The position numbers were made by a program, and so were the translations under genes. 64,000 bases of DNA, from the NCBI GenBank assembly GCA_000934665.2, contig KZ538218.1, positions 1 to 64,000 on the forward strand, read 5' to 3'. This document shows positions 12,591 through 24,251 of the stretch, piece by piece. A model generated the notes under the pieces. It saw only the letters and a program-made list of their open reading frames with translations, was not told where the DNA came from and searched no databases. This stretch comes from Catajapyx aquilonaris (Eukaryota). How positions within the stretch are numbered: position 1 is the stretch's first letter; the number at the start of each line of letters is the position of its first letter.

Positions 12591-12949
12591 TATATGCGCA
12601 CTTTTGCCCAACCGGTGCGGTGCGGTGGGGTAAAAGTGCGTGTGTGTCTTTGTTTGCAAAATAAATAAATCATTACATTAAATTAATTCCCAATTAAAAT
12701 AAAGATCCTTGTGTATTTTGAAAGAAGGGGGTTTGAGGATTTTGAGGAATGAATTTTAAGGTTCTGGCTCTTCTTATAAACAAGATACAGTAGATCCTGG
12801 GCTCAAAAACTTAGTGCGTGCTTTTGCTCCACTGTATCTCGCTAACAAAGAAAAGCAAGATGCAACAGACTTTATCTAGGAGAGAAACTAACAATTAATG
12901 CGGGGAAATTCTATTACCTTCATTAAACTTACTTGAAGCAGCACACACT

Positions 12950-13094
12950 ATGTACTGACCGGCACTTCATTAAAACCTGTAAATCGCTCCTTTTAATGGT
13001 ATCTAGAACTATTTTCGGATTATCCGTGTTTTCCGATTACCGGGCACACCAATGCATTCATGATTCATTAGCACGGACAATAAGGAGTACGGTG
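12950..13094 (+). mobile_element. 3' fragment of the GATTATCCG-type Tc1/pogo-like MITE family
   Basis: CATTAAAACCTGTAAATCGCTC..GATTATCCGTGTTTTCCGATTA..GAGTACGGTG-TA aligns with the right part of the copies at 56319-56641 and 63118-63474. Confidence 0.65.
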
Positions 13095-13289
13095 TACTTG
13101 TATATTGAACTTACCTATTTTCTAGTATGGGTGTAAAAAACACCTGCTGCTTCATGCGAGACTAGCTTATATGTAAAACAGGTACGCCTATAATTTATGA
13201 CGACCACACAGAACCAACAAATGCAGTTGCGATTTCAGGCTCATCGCTTCATTTGCCATTTCCATGTCGCGAAGAGGGAAAGATAGATT

Positions 13290-13457
13290 TTTGGACTGTG
13301 ATAGGGAAAAGGAGAACCCCAAGAAAGCCCACGCGAAAACGGAGGGAATCTTTCGAATATATATTCTCATAAAATCCTCAGACTGATCCGGGGTATCGAG
13401 CGCAGGACCTCAAAGGTGGAATGTTGCGACATTAGTCCCTACACCACCGTACAGCCC
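13290..13457 (-). mobile_element. tRNA-derived SINE, family 2 (degenerate)
   Basis: The reverse strand reads GGTGGTGTAGGGA..TTCCACCTTTGAGGTCCTGCGCTCGATACCCCGG (A/B-box-like), matching 63728-63815. Downstream GCGTGGGCTTTCTTGGGGTTCTCCTTTTCCC resembles V/Meta-type SINE core domains. Confidence 0.55.
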
Positions 13458-15127
13458 CTCATATGCCTGGCTTACACTTTTTTTTTTTTTGCACAAGTAG
13501 AACGCGAATGGAATCATAATATTTATTACAATATACATAAAAAGTTATTCGCGTAATCTCTCAATTATGGAAATCACATTTGATGGCCCTTTCAACAATA
13601 TGTCTGATTCCCCGCGAAATGGAGGCATAGCGAATATTTCGCTTATACAGATGCGAGCTAAATGACAATCAAATACACATGTACTGTAAGTTACATGTAT
13701 TGTTGCTGAATTTTTTATTGGCCTGTTTCCACCGTCACTGTTTGAGTACAATGCAACATCAAAATTCGCCAGAAATCCACAAAAGGGGGCCAAAAATAAT
13801 GCCAAGAACAATAAATTCCGGATTATTCCTAGAAAATGCTCTAATTACACAAATTGTGCTCGTCACAAAATGGGAATCCAACGGAAGCCAAGAGAACCGA
13901 CCTCGAAAGGCTGTGAAACGGTGTAATTATCAGAATCTATTTTGGAATAGTTCAATCAGAATATTGACGGTTAAACTAAGTAAACAATTTTCGGAGGAAG
14001 TTCAGGTTAAACAAAACATAGAAATATACATCATACGCTGAAAGTACGCATGTGTATGCCACCCTCACGTATTTATTATATATTAGACTCCTCCTTGTGC
14101 GTTGTACCGCCCCCTCCCCCCCCCCCATTTTTAAAGGACAACATTGTCCTGGTTAGAACGGGTGTGCTGCATAAAATAATGCAGGAAGAAAAATTATTGT
14201 TCTGCCATGCATTTTGTCCGAAACAGTGCCAGTGGAAAACAGGACTCAAAATTGTGTTTTTCTCTTTCTCCCAAACACTTTCATATTATCCGCAAGTTCA
14301 AGCTTATTTAATGTAAGTTTACTAATGTGACAAGAGATAAAGCATTGTAGAACAATGCAGTAGTATACGGACCTTCAATCACCTTTGGAATTTTAGGGGC
14401 GCTGCGACGGCTACATCGCCATCCTGTTCTCCCCAAAGTAGGTGAAGAGCGTGTTTCGCTGTCTCTTCATTCGTGGGCACTTATGCACATCACATCACAA
14501 CACATATTCTAATTATTAATGGGGGTGGATCAACAGCGGAAAGGTGGGAGGGAGAATGGGGGAAGGAAGGAGCGAGGGGTGTTAGGAGATACAAAATGTC
14601 CAACACGGTAAGCGAAAGAACGCCGATCCGAATGGCCCAAACTTCGGACCCAAAGTGAGATACCGAGATGTACCGGTAGTCCGGTACAGTGGCGGTAGGT
14701 ACCCCCCCCCCCCCCCNCCCATTTCCTTTATTTGTCCAGAAAACCTGCTGTGCCCTTGGCGTGGCGGCCCCTTCTGTGACTGGCTGTGACTGGTATTAAT
14801 TTTATTAGACTCGCACTCCCTTGACCTACCCGATCCGACCTCAACGGCATCTGAATGGCCACAGAAGTATAGCCGGCGGTCACTTCAGTTAAAAGAGTCC
14901 CGTTTGAAATTCGACTGTTCCCCCCACCATCGCCCCCTCTCTCCTACAGGTCCGTCGCTAATCAGTTATGATGCGTGAACAAATTCCGGTGGACGGTGGA
15001 GTCCATTTTTCTTCTTCAAATTTTTAGTTTTAGAGGATTAAACCAAATGGGGGTTAATTAATTTCTGTGACAATTTCATACTGTGGGGGCGACCGCCTCT
15101 ACTGTCCCCATAGTATAAACTGGAAGT

Positions 15128-15419
15128 AGTAGGTGAGGGGATATGGTATCCGGCTGCTAATCGGGAGGTCCGGGGATCAAATCCCGGGACCGGCAACTCT
15201 GACCGTGGTTTTCTGTGGTTTCCCACGGTCCCTCCAGGTAAATTCCGGAGTTGTTTCCGTAATTAACAGGCCACAGCCGCTTCCTTCCATCCCTATCCCT
15301 TCCCAAAAAGCGAAGCAAAAAGTAAAAAGCAAAGAGTTCCTGACAAAAAAATTGGGATGAACTCCCCCCCTAAGAGAGCCAATGGCTCTATCACGGGGTA
15401 AATTATTATTATTAAATAT
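15128..15419 (+). mobile_element. tRNA-derived SINE, family 1, with target-site duplication
   Basis: tRNA-like head (CTGCTAATCGGGAGGTCCGGGGATCAAATCCCGG), a body shared with 20395-20573 and 33210-33540, and a (TTA)n tail. Flanked by the 17-bp direct repeat TAGTATAAACTGGAAGT (15111-15127 and 15420-15436). Confidence 0.85.
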
Positions 15420-18400
15420 TAGTATAAACTGGAAGTCATTTGATCTTTGAATATTGCACGCTACCTAATCCCTAAAGGAAGTGCGCACCTTTAAAAAAAC
15501 ACCCTGTATACATTGCCAGAAGGCAACTTACTGAAATGAATCGGTATTTTACATGCACCTATATGTACAGATTGAGTCTTTTATTGCCCAGGGGGGCAAA
15601 ATCATTTTTTGGGGCTGTGGTACGATACATTTTTTGTATCTTGAGATCAACACTGCATCCTGATCTGGCGGGTAAAAAATAGGGGGAAAACTCCGAAAAT
15701 TGGCAGAAATAACCCGGAAAGAATGTTGCATTAGCAAAACTTTACCTGGTTCTCCTGAGAAGTTCTCAAGTTATTACACCGACTCAATTATTAGAAAATT
15801 CGGGCTCACCATAACTTTCTCGATTAATTTGTACGAATAAAGCCGGCCTGATCTTTACTATGCAACACGTGCCTCCTACAATCGTAATGCATATAGTCTA
15901 TATCAGCTACCTATGCATTTTATCCAAACGGCTGAGAGGATCTTCGACAATTTACGTTCACAAAGCTTCGAATTCATACTAAAGATTGCTCTGGGAATTC
16001 CCCATAACGATTGTCGGTTTCACACAAGTGGTCAAACTGTAGGATGGCAGGTTTCCAAAAACGCTGAAAGTCCCCCCCTAGTCCAGGTTTTTGGGATTTG
16101 GTCCCGTGGGGCTTCACTCGCGCTATTCTCCTCCGTTTCCTTGGCGCCGATTCAACTTGGGGCCTTCAGCCATCCGGATAGACTCCTATGTTCGCTTTCC
16201 TCTTTTCTTTTTTTTCATTAATATTTCTTTTTGCTCTCTGCTTCTTCTTCTTCGTCTTCTTTCATTATTTCCCTTTTTCTTTCATGCCAGCCTTGGATGC
16301 TGAAAAATCTTTAGACTCGCAGCATTTTGTGTGGGTGAACATTCGATGGACAGACGCTTCCCTCTTTTGTTGGATTCCTTCTGACGGTCTGTCTCACCCT
16401 TTCTTTGCCATCCACACATGTGGACATACCCATACACAATGTGCGCACTATACAAATGAACGGTACTATGTTCGACTATGGCCTAGACTGGCTGTGGGCC
16501 ATTTCGATATTTTATGCCACTGCTGGGGATACCCTGCCAGTCTGCTTCCCATATTCGGCCTTGACCCAGGCATTTCGTTTCCATTCCAAATGTGCATCTC
16601 CACTGTCCTTGTTTGCTCTCAGCTGTTCCATTCCTCTAATTACCTGACACGAAAATCGTTCCAGCCTGCCTGCTGAAAATAATGCGTTGCCGAACTTATA
16701 AACATTAGCCGGAGGACTCCCCAAAAGCACTATTTCACTCTTCCCCACTTTGAAATAGCATTTGGATTATATTAGGCTAATTCAGCCCATAGATTTTATT
16801 AAATATTTTCAAAAAATTTTAAATGGACCTAAAAAATGGCAAGCACTCCCAAACACATTTTTTTTTGTGCTGATTCTCATATCCGCAGTGCTTTTGGTAG
16901 CCCTGCGCCAACGTTTTTGCTCCAACCCACAGGGGCTGTGATGCGTGGCAAAGAGTGACCTCTTCAGTCTCGCAAGAGGGTGATGCGGCACAGGCACGAT
17001 GCACGTATACACCGCGCCAAAACAGAGGGCGGTCGAAGAGCAATGATGACACGGACAGTGCCAGTGTGGAATGGAGGAAAGCTGTTGGATAGCACATAAG
17101 ACCCCCCCTCTACTACCCCTCCCCAGCTGCCCTCCATTTCATAAATTGAGAGCGCACTCAAAAGTTTTCCCCGTACCAGTAGCAAGTGGGAAGACAGTCA
17201 TGGGCACTTATCAGATTGCCTTCTTGAGCAGTCCGCAGTGACGCATGCATCAGCATCGGAGAAGATCTCATAACGTGCCTGGCTGTTTGCATTGAGGAAA
17301 AAGTGGAATGCGGATATCATGTGACAAACTGCCTAATGATTGGAGCAACTGGCTGTTGATGACCATTCCAGGATGGAATGAGGGGGGACCTTCACACCTA
17401 CCGTTAGGGATGTCATTATTGGGGGGGGGGGGGGGGNGGGGGGGGGGTGAACATTTTTCCTAACTAGCCCTGTGGAACAGTTCCTGGAAGAAGGCACACA
17501 AAAAACTGGAGGGCGATGAACGTGATGTCCGTTGGTCCCCTCTTGCCTGCCTGAGGCCCAAGTGCAGTCCAATTGGCGCTGTCACTCAAAAGGAAGGGCC
17601 CCTACTTTCCCTTTGGGTCTGGGTACATCCCACCTAAAGAAACAACACGTGGAAGGTGGATTGGTTGTTCAGAAGGGACCTTGGGCTGTCAAGAGGATTG
17701 CTGCTGAACTGGATAAAAGATGGGAGTCGTTTTGAAGTAGACATGATACAGTTGATTGCCTTTCTACCGAGCTTCCTACTCATAAGATGGGGGGATGAGC
17801 CACGGATTTTCATGGAATTCGATTCAACTTGGTTATAGCCTGTGTTCGACAGGAATTCCCATGAATCGTCGAGGTGTAGGCGGAAAAAAAGAGGGTTTTT
17901 TGCAAGTATATTTCTAATGGGTGCAGAACTTTGGGGAAGGTTTTCGGGTGAATTATATGGCTCGGGTTTTGCTTGCAGAGAGGGGGATTTGACCAATAAC
18001 TGCCCCACCATGTACGGCTACAGACAAAATGTGAAAAGTTCATCGCAACAGCACGCCGATTTCCGATGCGTTTATAACTGGGTCGATTTTATTGCACTTG
18101 GAACCAGTGTATGCTTTTTTTTAAACCAGAAAGGTGATACATGACCTAGAGTCTGCATAATTACGGGCCTAATTTTTAATCGGCACACTTGCAAAATGCG
18201 CTGGTTTACGTAAAATAATTCTGCCGGCTATTGCGTTCAGTATAGCGGGTGTTGATCAACATCAAATATTGAGAACGTTATCTCCTCACTGCAAATACAA
18301 TTCTCTACTCGATCAATATGATTGCCTGTATGATGAGCTCTATCGCTTTAATATTATTATTATTATGTATAGGCTCTACTACTCAGTAATAGCATATGGA

Positions 18401-20394
18401 AGAATGTAAAAAATATTCAGCACATTGCATACACAGCAGTTCGTGCCTATTAAATAACAGCGACTTTTGTTGAGAATTTGCATTAGCGGTGGACCTAATC
18501 TTGTTTGTCATTTTCTGCACCAAACTGAAATTTTTGCCATTGCCTATAAAATCTTGAAATTACCTCAGATAAACTGACAACAGAACGTAATGTGTGGCAA
18601 AAGCACACGCACAAACATGCCCCGACTTACAAATGTGCTTTGAAGTTGATTATTTTGGTATGGTGTTGTGTGTTGGTCTCTGCTATGTAGTTCCCGTACG
18701 TGGTAATGATATAAACGCAAATAGCCTATCGAAATATCCTACCGGTACTTGACTTAGCATCGCAGTGTGACGGCAAAACATTCTAGTGTTGAAAGAAAAA
18801 TCCTGAAAGTTGAACGGCTTATCTTTAGGTTGTTGACGCTTTCTCAGATTGTGGATTCCGTCGGGAACTAACCAAAAAACAGCTGATTTTCACGTCAATA
18901 ATTTTCTTGACGTCATTCTTTGCGCACTAACGACGAAGTGCGGTATTTTACCGGACACTCGTTCTTACATATATCCTGCGAGTACTGGTGCCACATTACT
19001 AGAGTAGGCTGTAATAATACGTACTGTAGATCACAAGCTTTGCGGTCCTACAGTATATTGATGGGACAAGCAGATATAAACACTACATGATCACTTACAT
19101 GAAATTGACGTTATATTACGCAGAAATATTTCAAAATTGCTTTTTCGGTTAACACATCATGGAAAATTTTCTGATCTGACGTGTAACAGCTAACCAGAGA
19201 ATGTGCACAAAAAAATTCACAGGATTCCACATTGAGGGGAAAGTACGTCACCTCCTTTGGATATGTCATTGGTAGTGATGATGACGTTGAATAAGATATT
19301 CAACACATAATCGTAGGCGTACACCCCCTCCCCGACTGTGCTGTATAAGAGAGAGAAAATCACAATTTAGTGGCATGTAGACTGAGATGGAAATCCTTCT
19401 CACCACCCTTCCCAAATAGCAGTTCCGATTTAAGTAGATGTAATGCAAGATAGCAAAATGACCGATACCCAACTTCTTAACAATATACAAACTGGTGGAG
19501 AAGAGTGATGGTCATTTTGGTCTGATAATGCAAAATACACACCTTGGGGACAGGAACAATGAGGGAAAGTTCAGGGGGAGGTCAGCTTATCCTGCTTAAT
19601 ATTGTGCCTTTTATAGAATCTGAGAAAATTGCGCATATCATTTAATGCTTGAATATGGGTCAAGATTAGCGAATCTACGAGACACCAGCACATCCATCGC
19701 ATAGCGGTTCAAATATACGGTAATGCATGACGACTATAGATTTTTAATTCCAACACTGACTTGCAAAATATACAGCTTACCCATTGACAAAAATGTTTTA
19801 TTTATGTTTGGCCCCATGTTTTAATTCTATAAATTTATTTCTAGTGATTGCACAATTTGACTTTCACACCACTCTAATTTTATTGTGAATTTAATACGAC
19901 AAAAATTAACACTCAATAACATGCGACTTTTTTTGTTATTTGACAATTTAGCACTCAACACATATTTGGCAAAGAAAGGCAGGACTACACTATTTGTGTA
20001 AGTAATCTGAATATATTATGATAATATTGCGCTTTGTAGCACTGAACTGGATGAATAAGCATCGAGGCACTCCATTCTTCTTTCAGAGGAGGGAAGCCCA
20101 TGAAAGTCAGCAAGGTTTAGCCCTCAACCACCTTATCCACTTTCAAATAATTTTCATCATGGTAGCCCTCCTGATGAACTGGCCCGATGCTTTTACCTCC
20201 AGTAGGACTAGTATAAAGCGTGATATTCATAGGTCCTCATTTCAATTGCCCTCGCAATATACATAAGAGCATAACCATAACAGTCTTAATTTAAAGCAGT
20301 CCCATACATTTATTGCGTGTATGCTTCTGGCCATACGTGTATACTTTATAATTGATATTTAAGGAGGTTGGCCCAGCATTGCCTTTCAACCTCC

Positions 20395-20573
20395 AAGGGT
20401 AGGGAAGGAAGGAAGCGGCTGTGGCCTATTATACGGAAGCGACCCCGGAATTATCCTAGAAAGACCGTGGAAAACCACAGAAAACCACAGTCAAGGCTGC
20501 CGGCCCCGGGATTCGAACCCAGGACCTCCCGATTAGCAGTCGGACGCCTTATCCACTATGCCAACCTGCTTCG
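20395..20573 (-). mobile_element. tRNA-derived SINE, family 1 (head resembles tRNA-Ser GCT)
   Basis: Reverse strand: A box TGGCATAGTGG, arm GTCCGA-CTGCTAA-TCGGG, B box GGTTCGAATCCC. Body homologous to 15128-15300. Confidence 0.85.
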
Positions 20574-20850
20574 GTCATGCGTGTATACAGGCTGTGTAAT
20601 CGTAATTATCTAAATAACGATACTTGAGGAGATTAATACTACGTATAGTGACTTCTACATGCATACAATGTTACTTAGTGGAACAGAGCATATATCTTAA
20701 ATAATTGCATGGATTGAAGACCTCGGGGAAAGAACGATCAAGGTCCATTTTTTGTCAAAAATGAGTTACATATCTCAGAAGATAGTTTCGCTAGAGTAGA
20801 ATATGATGGTTTGGTCGTGGTTGTTGAGTAATAATCATAGGTCACTATAT

Positions 20851-21400
20851 CCTCCTGAGACCCGATGTCCAATATATTGGACATCCAGACTTAATTATTT
20901 AATTTAGTGTAGAAAATGTGCTATTTATCTTGTCTTAATGCAGAAATGAATTTTTCGGAATTTTTTAAATTATCACCATCTGGAATAAAAACTTTCAGGA
21001 TATTGTGCTTTCTTCTCCTCGCAAATTTTTTATCAAATTCATTTTAAAATGCAGAGAAGGAATGTTATATCTGTAACCTGATGTCCAATATAGTGTATTT
21101 GACATCTAATTTTGCAAAAAGTGATTGCAAAGAAAATATGAAATTATTAAAAATGGCTTCTACACCTCCCCTACAGAGCGTTCTTTCCAAGCATTACTAA
21201 ATAATTGCACCAATGGCTTCTCGGCTCTCTTGAGGATATGGAAGGTCCCGAAAGTGGGATTTACAATATTTAGAACCTTATGGGCTTTCGAAATTTTAAA
21301 TTGCAATATGTCAGTTTCACATGAGGTGGACCTTGATCGTTCTTCCTCCAAGGTCTTGAATTATCGTCACCTTGTTATAATTCCACCGAGCGATCGAGGA
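20851..21400 (+). mobile_element. Possible DNA-transposon remnant (piggyBac-like?)
   Basis: Starts CCTCCTGAGACCC, then a perfect 22-bp palindrome GATGTCCAATATATTGGACATC (20864-20885) that is partly repeated near 21080. No matching right end or TTAA duplication found. Confidence 0.2.
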
Positions 21401-23399
21401 TGCTACTGAAATAATTGAGAGCTCTTCAAATGTCTCGACACTTCAGTCATACATATACGACACTGGAATTGGAATGAACTGCAAGTGAAATTCTGGACGC
21501 AATGAATGTTGTTTATGGACATAGAGGGGACGCCGCTAATGGCATTTTTTGATATAGTGGCAGTATAAAATACATTTTCGTCAGCCCAGAGCCCCAGACA
21601 AAGTATTCAGATGGGTTGCATTTTGCTAATCAAATGAATATCTGAATAGCAAAACAGTCACAATGGAATTATTACGAGTTGATACGTGATTTTTAAGATT
21701 ACATTGTCCCTTATGTATGACTCGCTTTGCGGGGCGGGGCGGGGCCTTCGCCCCCGGTCCTGCACAGGTCCTCCTCGGTCTCCGTTACTCTCCGAGGCCC
21801 TGTGCAGGTGCACCCGGCCGCCCCACACTTACCCCACTCTCCGATGCGAACAGAGCAAGTCTTTTTACGCAAAAACTGGTCGGAGCGGGGTGGCATCCGT
21901 TTACAGAACCCGTGATGTCATCGCTAAAGGTGTGGAGTATGAGAATGCGCCGTAGCTGACGTATGGTGAAAAGGGCACTGAGGTGGGATTAGAGTGGATC
22001 CAGATGTCAGCGGCAGAGAGAGGGGGATCCGGAGAGGGTGTGCTATTGTTCTTCAGCGGCTTAATGACGAGCAGATGGGCAAGGTGGCAAGTGCAAAAGT
22101 CGACTTTTCGCTATCTCCAAAACGGCTGGGAATTTTGCGATTATGAGGATTTTTGGTATAGGTAAACCTGATGCAAGGAATCCAACGGCCCTTCGACCAG
22201 CGCTCTACGACCTCGGGAAGTGCGAAATCTTCTCCGTCGTCTCCATCCTCCTCCTCCTATATCCTCCTCGGAGAGGGGCTTTATTATATACTTGATACAT
22301 CTCGATTTTCATTGTAACTGCTCTATTTAAAAATTGATTTCAACAGTCACCGAGTATAGTGTTATACGTTTCAAGGACGACCTCAAACATGTTGAACTCA
22401 ATGTTGACGAAACTGCGTGGGCTCGTTCTCTAGATCAAATCTTTAAAATATGCTATCCAGTCAATAAAGTCCTAAACGTCCGAGTATGGTACCCCCAATT
22501 ACTAAACTTTTAGCCGAAAGGACTGTGGGTCAATGACAATGGTCATCAAGTTTCCCCTCTTGCCGGCGCAGCGGGGACCTGTAGGACAAAAGACGTGCCT
22601 CTGAAAATACCCCCTCCCAAACATTATACGTATAAACAACAACGCACATTATCATTGGAATATGGTGTTGGGGATGTGAGTTATCGGACCGTCCTCATTT
22701 GGGTTGTGCTTGTTGCCTTTCCTGTACGGTACATAGTGCGAACCTTTATTGTTCAATCAGATTACATCAACATTTTGGTTTGACTGGAAGGGAGGGATGG
22801 TGCTGGGAATGGGGTGCTGTGTAGATGTCCCAACTACGTCTCCGCGGAAACTCCGTATGCTTTGCGAAAGTGTCAGTCCTCTGCATGGGGATGATTCGGG
22901 GCTTGGGAGCCCCTAGTCAAGCGTAGTCCCATCCGAGACGGAGTTGGAGAGATCCGACTCCGCAAGAAACTGTCAGGTTCTACTACTACGGTATGTCGTT
23001 CCACCTCTACGTTCCCAGTATCTCCGCATGGAACAGTATATTTCAAAGAATGTCAATGAGTTCCTTTGCGTTCAGTCTTTTCCCATCATTCTCCAACATA
23101 TCGACTGCGGCAATTTCCTTCCCCCAGGCCTTAGTTGCCTGAGCCTACCCCTGCAAACGCTAATAATGACAGTGTCCACATTTTATGGTTCCCCCTCCCC
23201 TCCAGAGGAATAAATGTAGGTCACGACTGGTACCGTTGTAGACGGTACTAGGGCACTCGTGAACTTTGATTTTGTGACCCGATGAGCGCGCGGATTTCCC
23301 CCATCCCGTTCTATCCTTTTCCCCCATCCACACTCCTCCTCCCCTGGCGCCTGGAGCTGCTGCCATCTGTAGAATCGGGGAGCAATCGCAGGGGTTAAT

Positions 23400-24190
23400 A
23401 GGGGGATATGTGGTGGGGGTGGGGGAGTGTGTCCTTCTGGACGTGCGTGCCAAAGGTGGCAAAGGGGCGAAAATGCGCGTGTGGATGCGTGCAGGCGCGT
23501 GGGTGGCTGCCGGACACAGTACAGCAGACCCAGCGTGGGTGGGTGGCAGGCGCTCCGTGGGTGGGTGGTGGGGTAGTAGCCAGCAGCATCCTCCTCTCTC
23601 TCTCTCTCTGTGCGAGAGAGAGCCCTACTATAGTGCTCCCCCCTACAGATGGAAGGTAGGCGGCGCCGACCTGCGAGGTGCGAGGGGGTGAGCCAATAAG
23701 CGCTCGGCAGGAGTGGACCAATGGCGGCACTCGCCTTGTTTATAGTGGCCGAGGTGACTCTGGCGCCCAGGACGACACGGCGGCGGCGGCTTTGCATGTG
23801 CGGGCACGCCTAGGGGAACACGCACACACACATTTACACACACATACACATACATATTACACTTGATACTCCATCCCACCCCTGAACGATGACTGGCGCC
23901 AGGAGTTAGAAGGCAGCCGTGCCGGTGCGAGGCTCCGCTGCTGCTGACACGGGAGGCGCCCCCCGGCCCATGGCGCCTCGGCCTGCAGTTCCGCTCCCGC
24001 TTCTTCTTCTTCCACCGCCGCCGCAGTGCCATCATCCTCCTTCGCAACGCTCGTCGTCGACACGCGCTTAGATCCGGCAGCCGGCCCCTTACCTGCGTCC
24101 GCCCTCCATGCTGCAGCCCAAAGGCGAAGGGAGCGGCCGCGTCCTCCACCCTCGCCTTGCAGCTGCCCTCGGCCCTGCCCCTGCCAAGAC
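23400..24190 (+). promoter_or_regulatory. CpG-rich promoter / 5' leader of the ZEB/zfh1-like gene
   Basis: Sharp rise in GC/CpG. Two CCAAT boxes (23693-23697, 23718-23722) are followed by a TATA-like TTTATAG (~23739-23745), with a (CT)n/(GA)n tract near 23592-23622. The TSS is inferred, not observed. Confidence 0.5.
23970..24071 (+). other. Upstream ORF (33 aa) in the putative 5' UTR
   Basis: CCC-ATG-G at 23970 encodes MAPRPAVPLPLLLLPPPPQCHHPPSQRSSSTRA* with TAG at 24069-24071. It counts as a uORF only if the TSS is upstream. Confidence 0.4.
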
Positions 24191-24251
24191 ATGGCCTCGG
24201 AGACCTCGTCGCGCTGCCGTCGGAAGCAAGCCAACCCCAGGAGGAAAAACG
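24191..24251 (+). CDS. zfh1: First coding exon of a ZEB/Zfh1 (zinc finger E-box-binding homeobox) family transcription factor; gene incomplete in this window
   Basis: GAC-ATG-G Kozak context. Encodes MASETSSRCRRKQANPRRKN plus 1 nt, then a consensus GTGAGT donor (24252-24257). Closely matches ZEB2 ..PRCKRRKQANPRRKN(V) and ZEB1 ..PRCKRRKQANPRRNN(V), whose coding exon ends at the equivalent phase-1 position. Confidence 0.85.

Noticed and set aside
16512..16748. OTU/vertnin-like fragment (PANVYKFGNALFSA)
   Set aside because: Only a superficial resemblance; the catalytic Asp/Cys residues are absent and the frame does not continue.
20497..20573. Functional tRNA-Ser(GCT) gene
   Set aside because: It lacks the long variable arm and a good acceptor stem, and continues into a SINE body shared with other copies.
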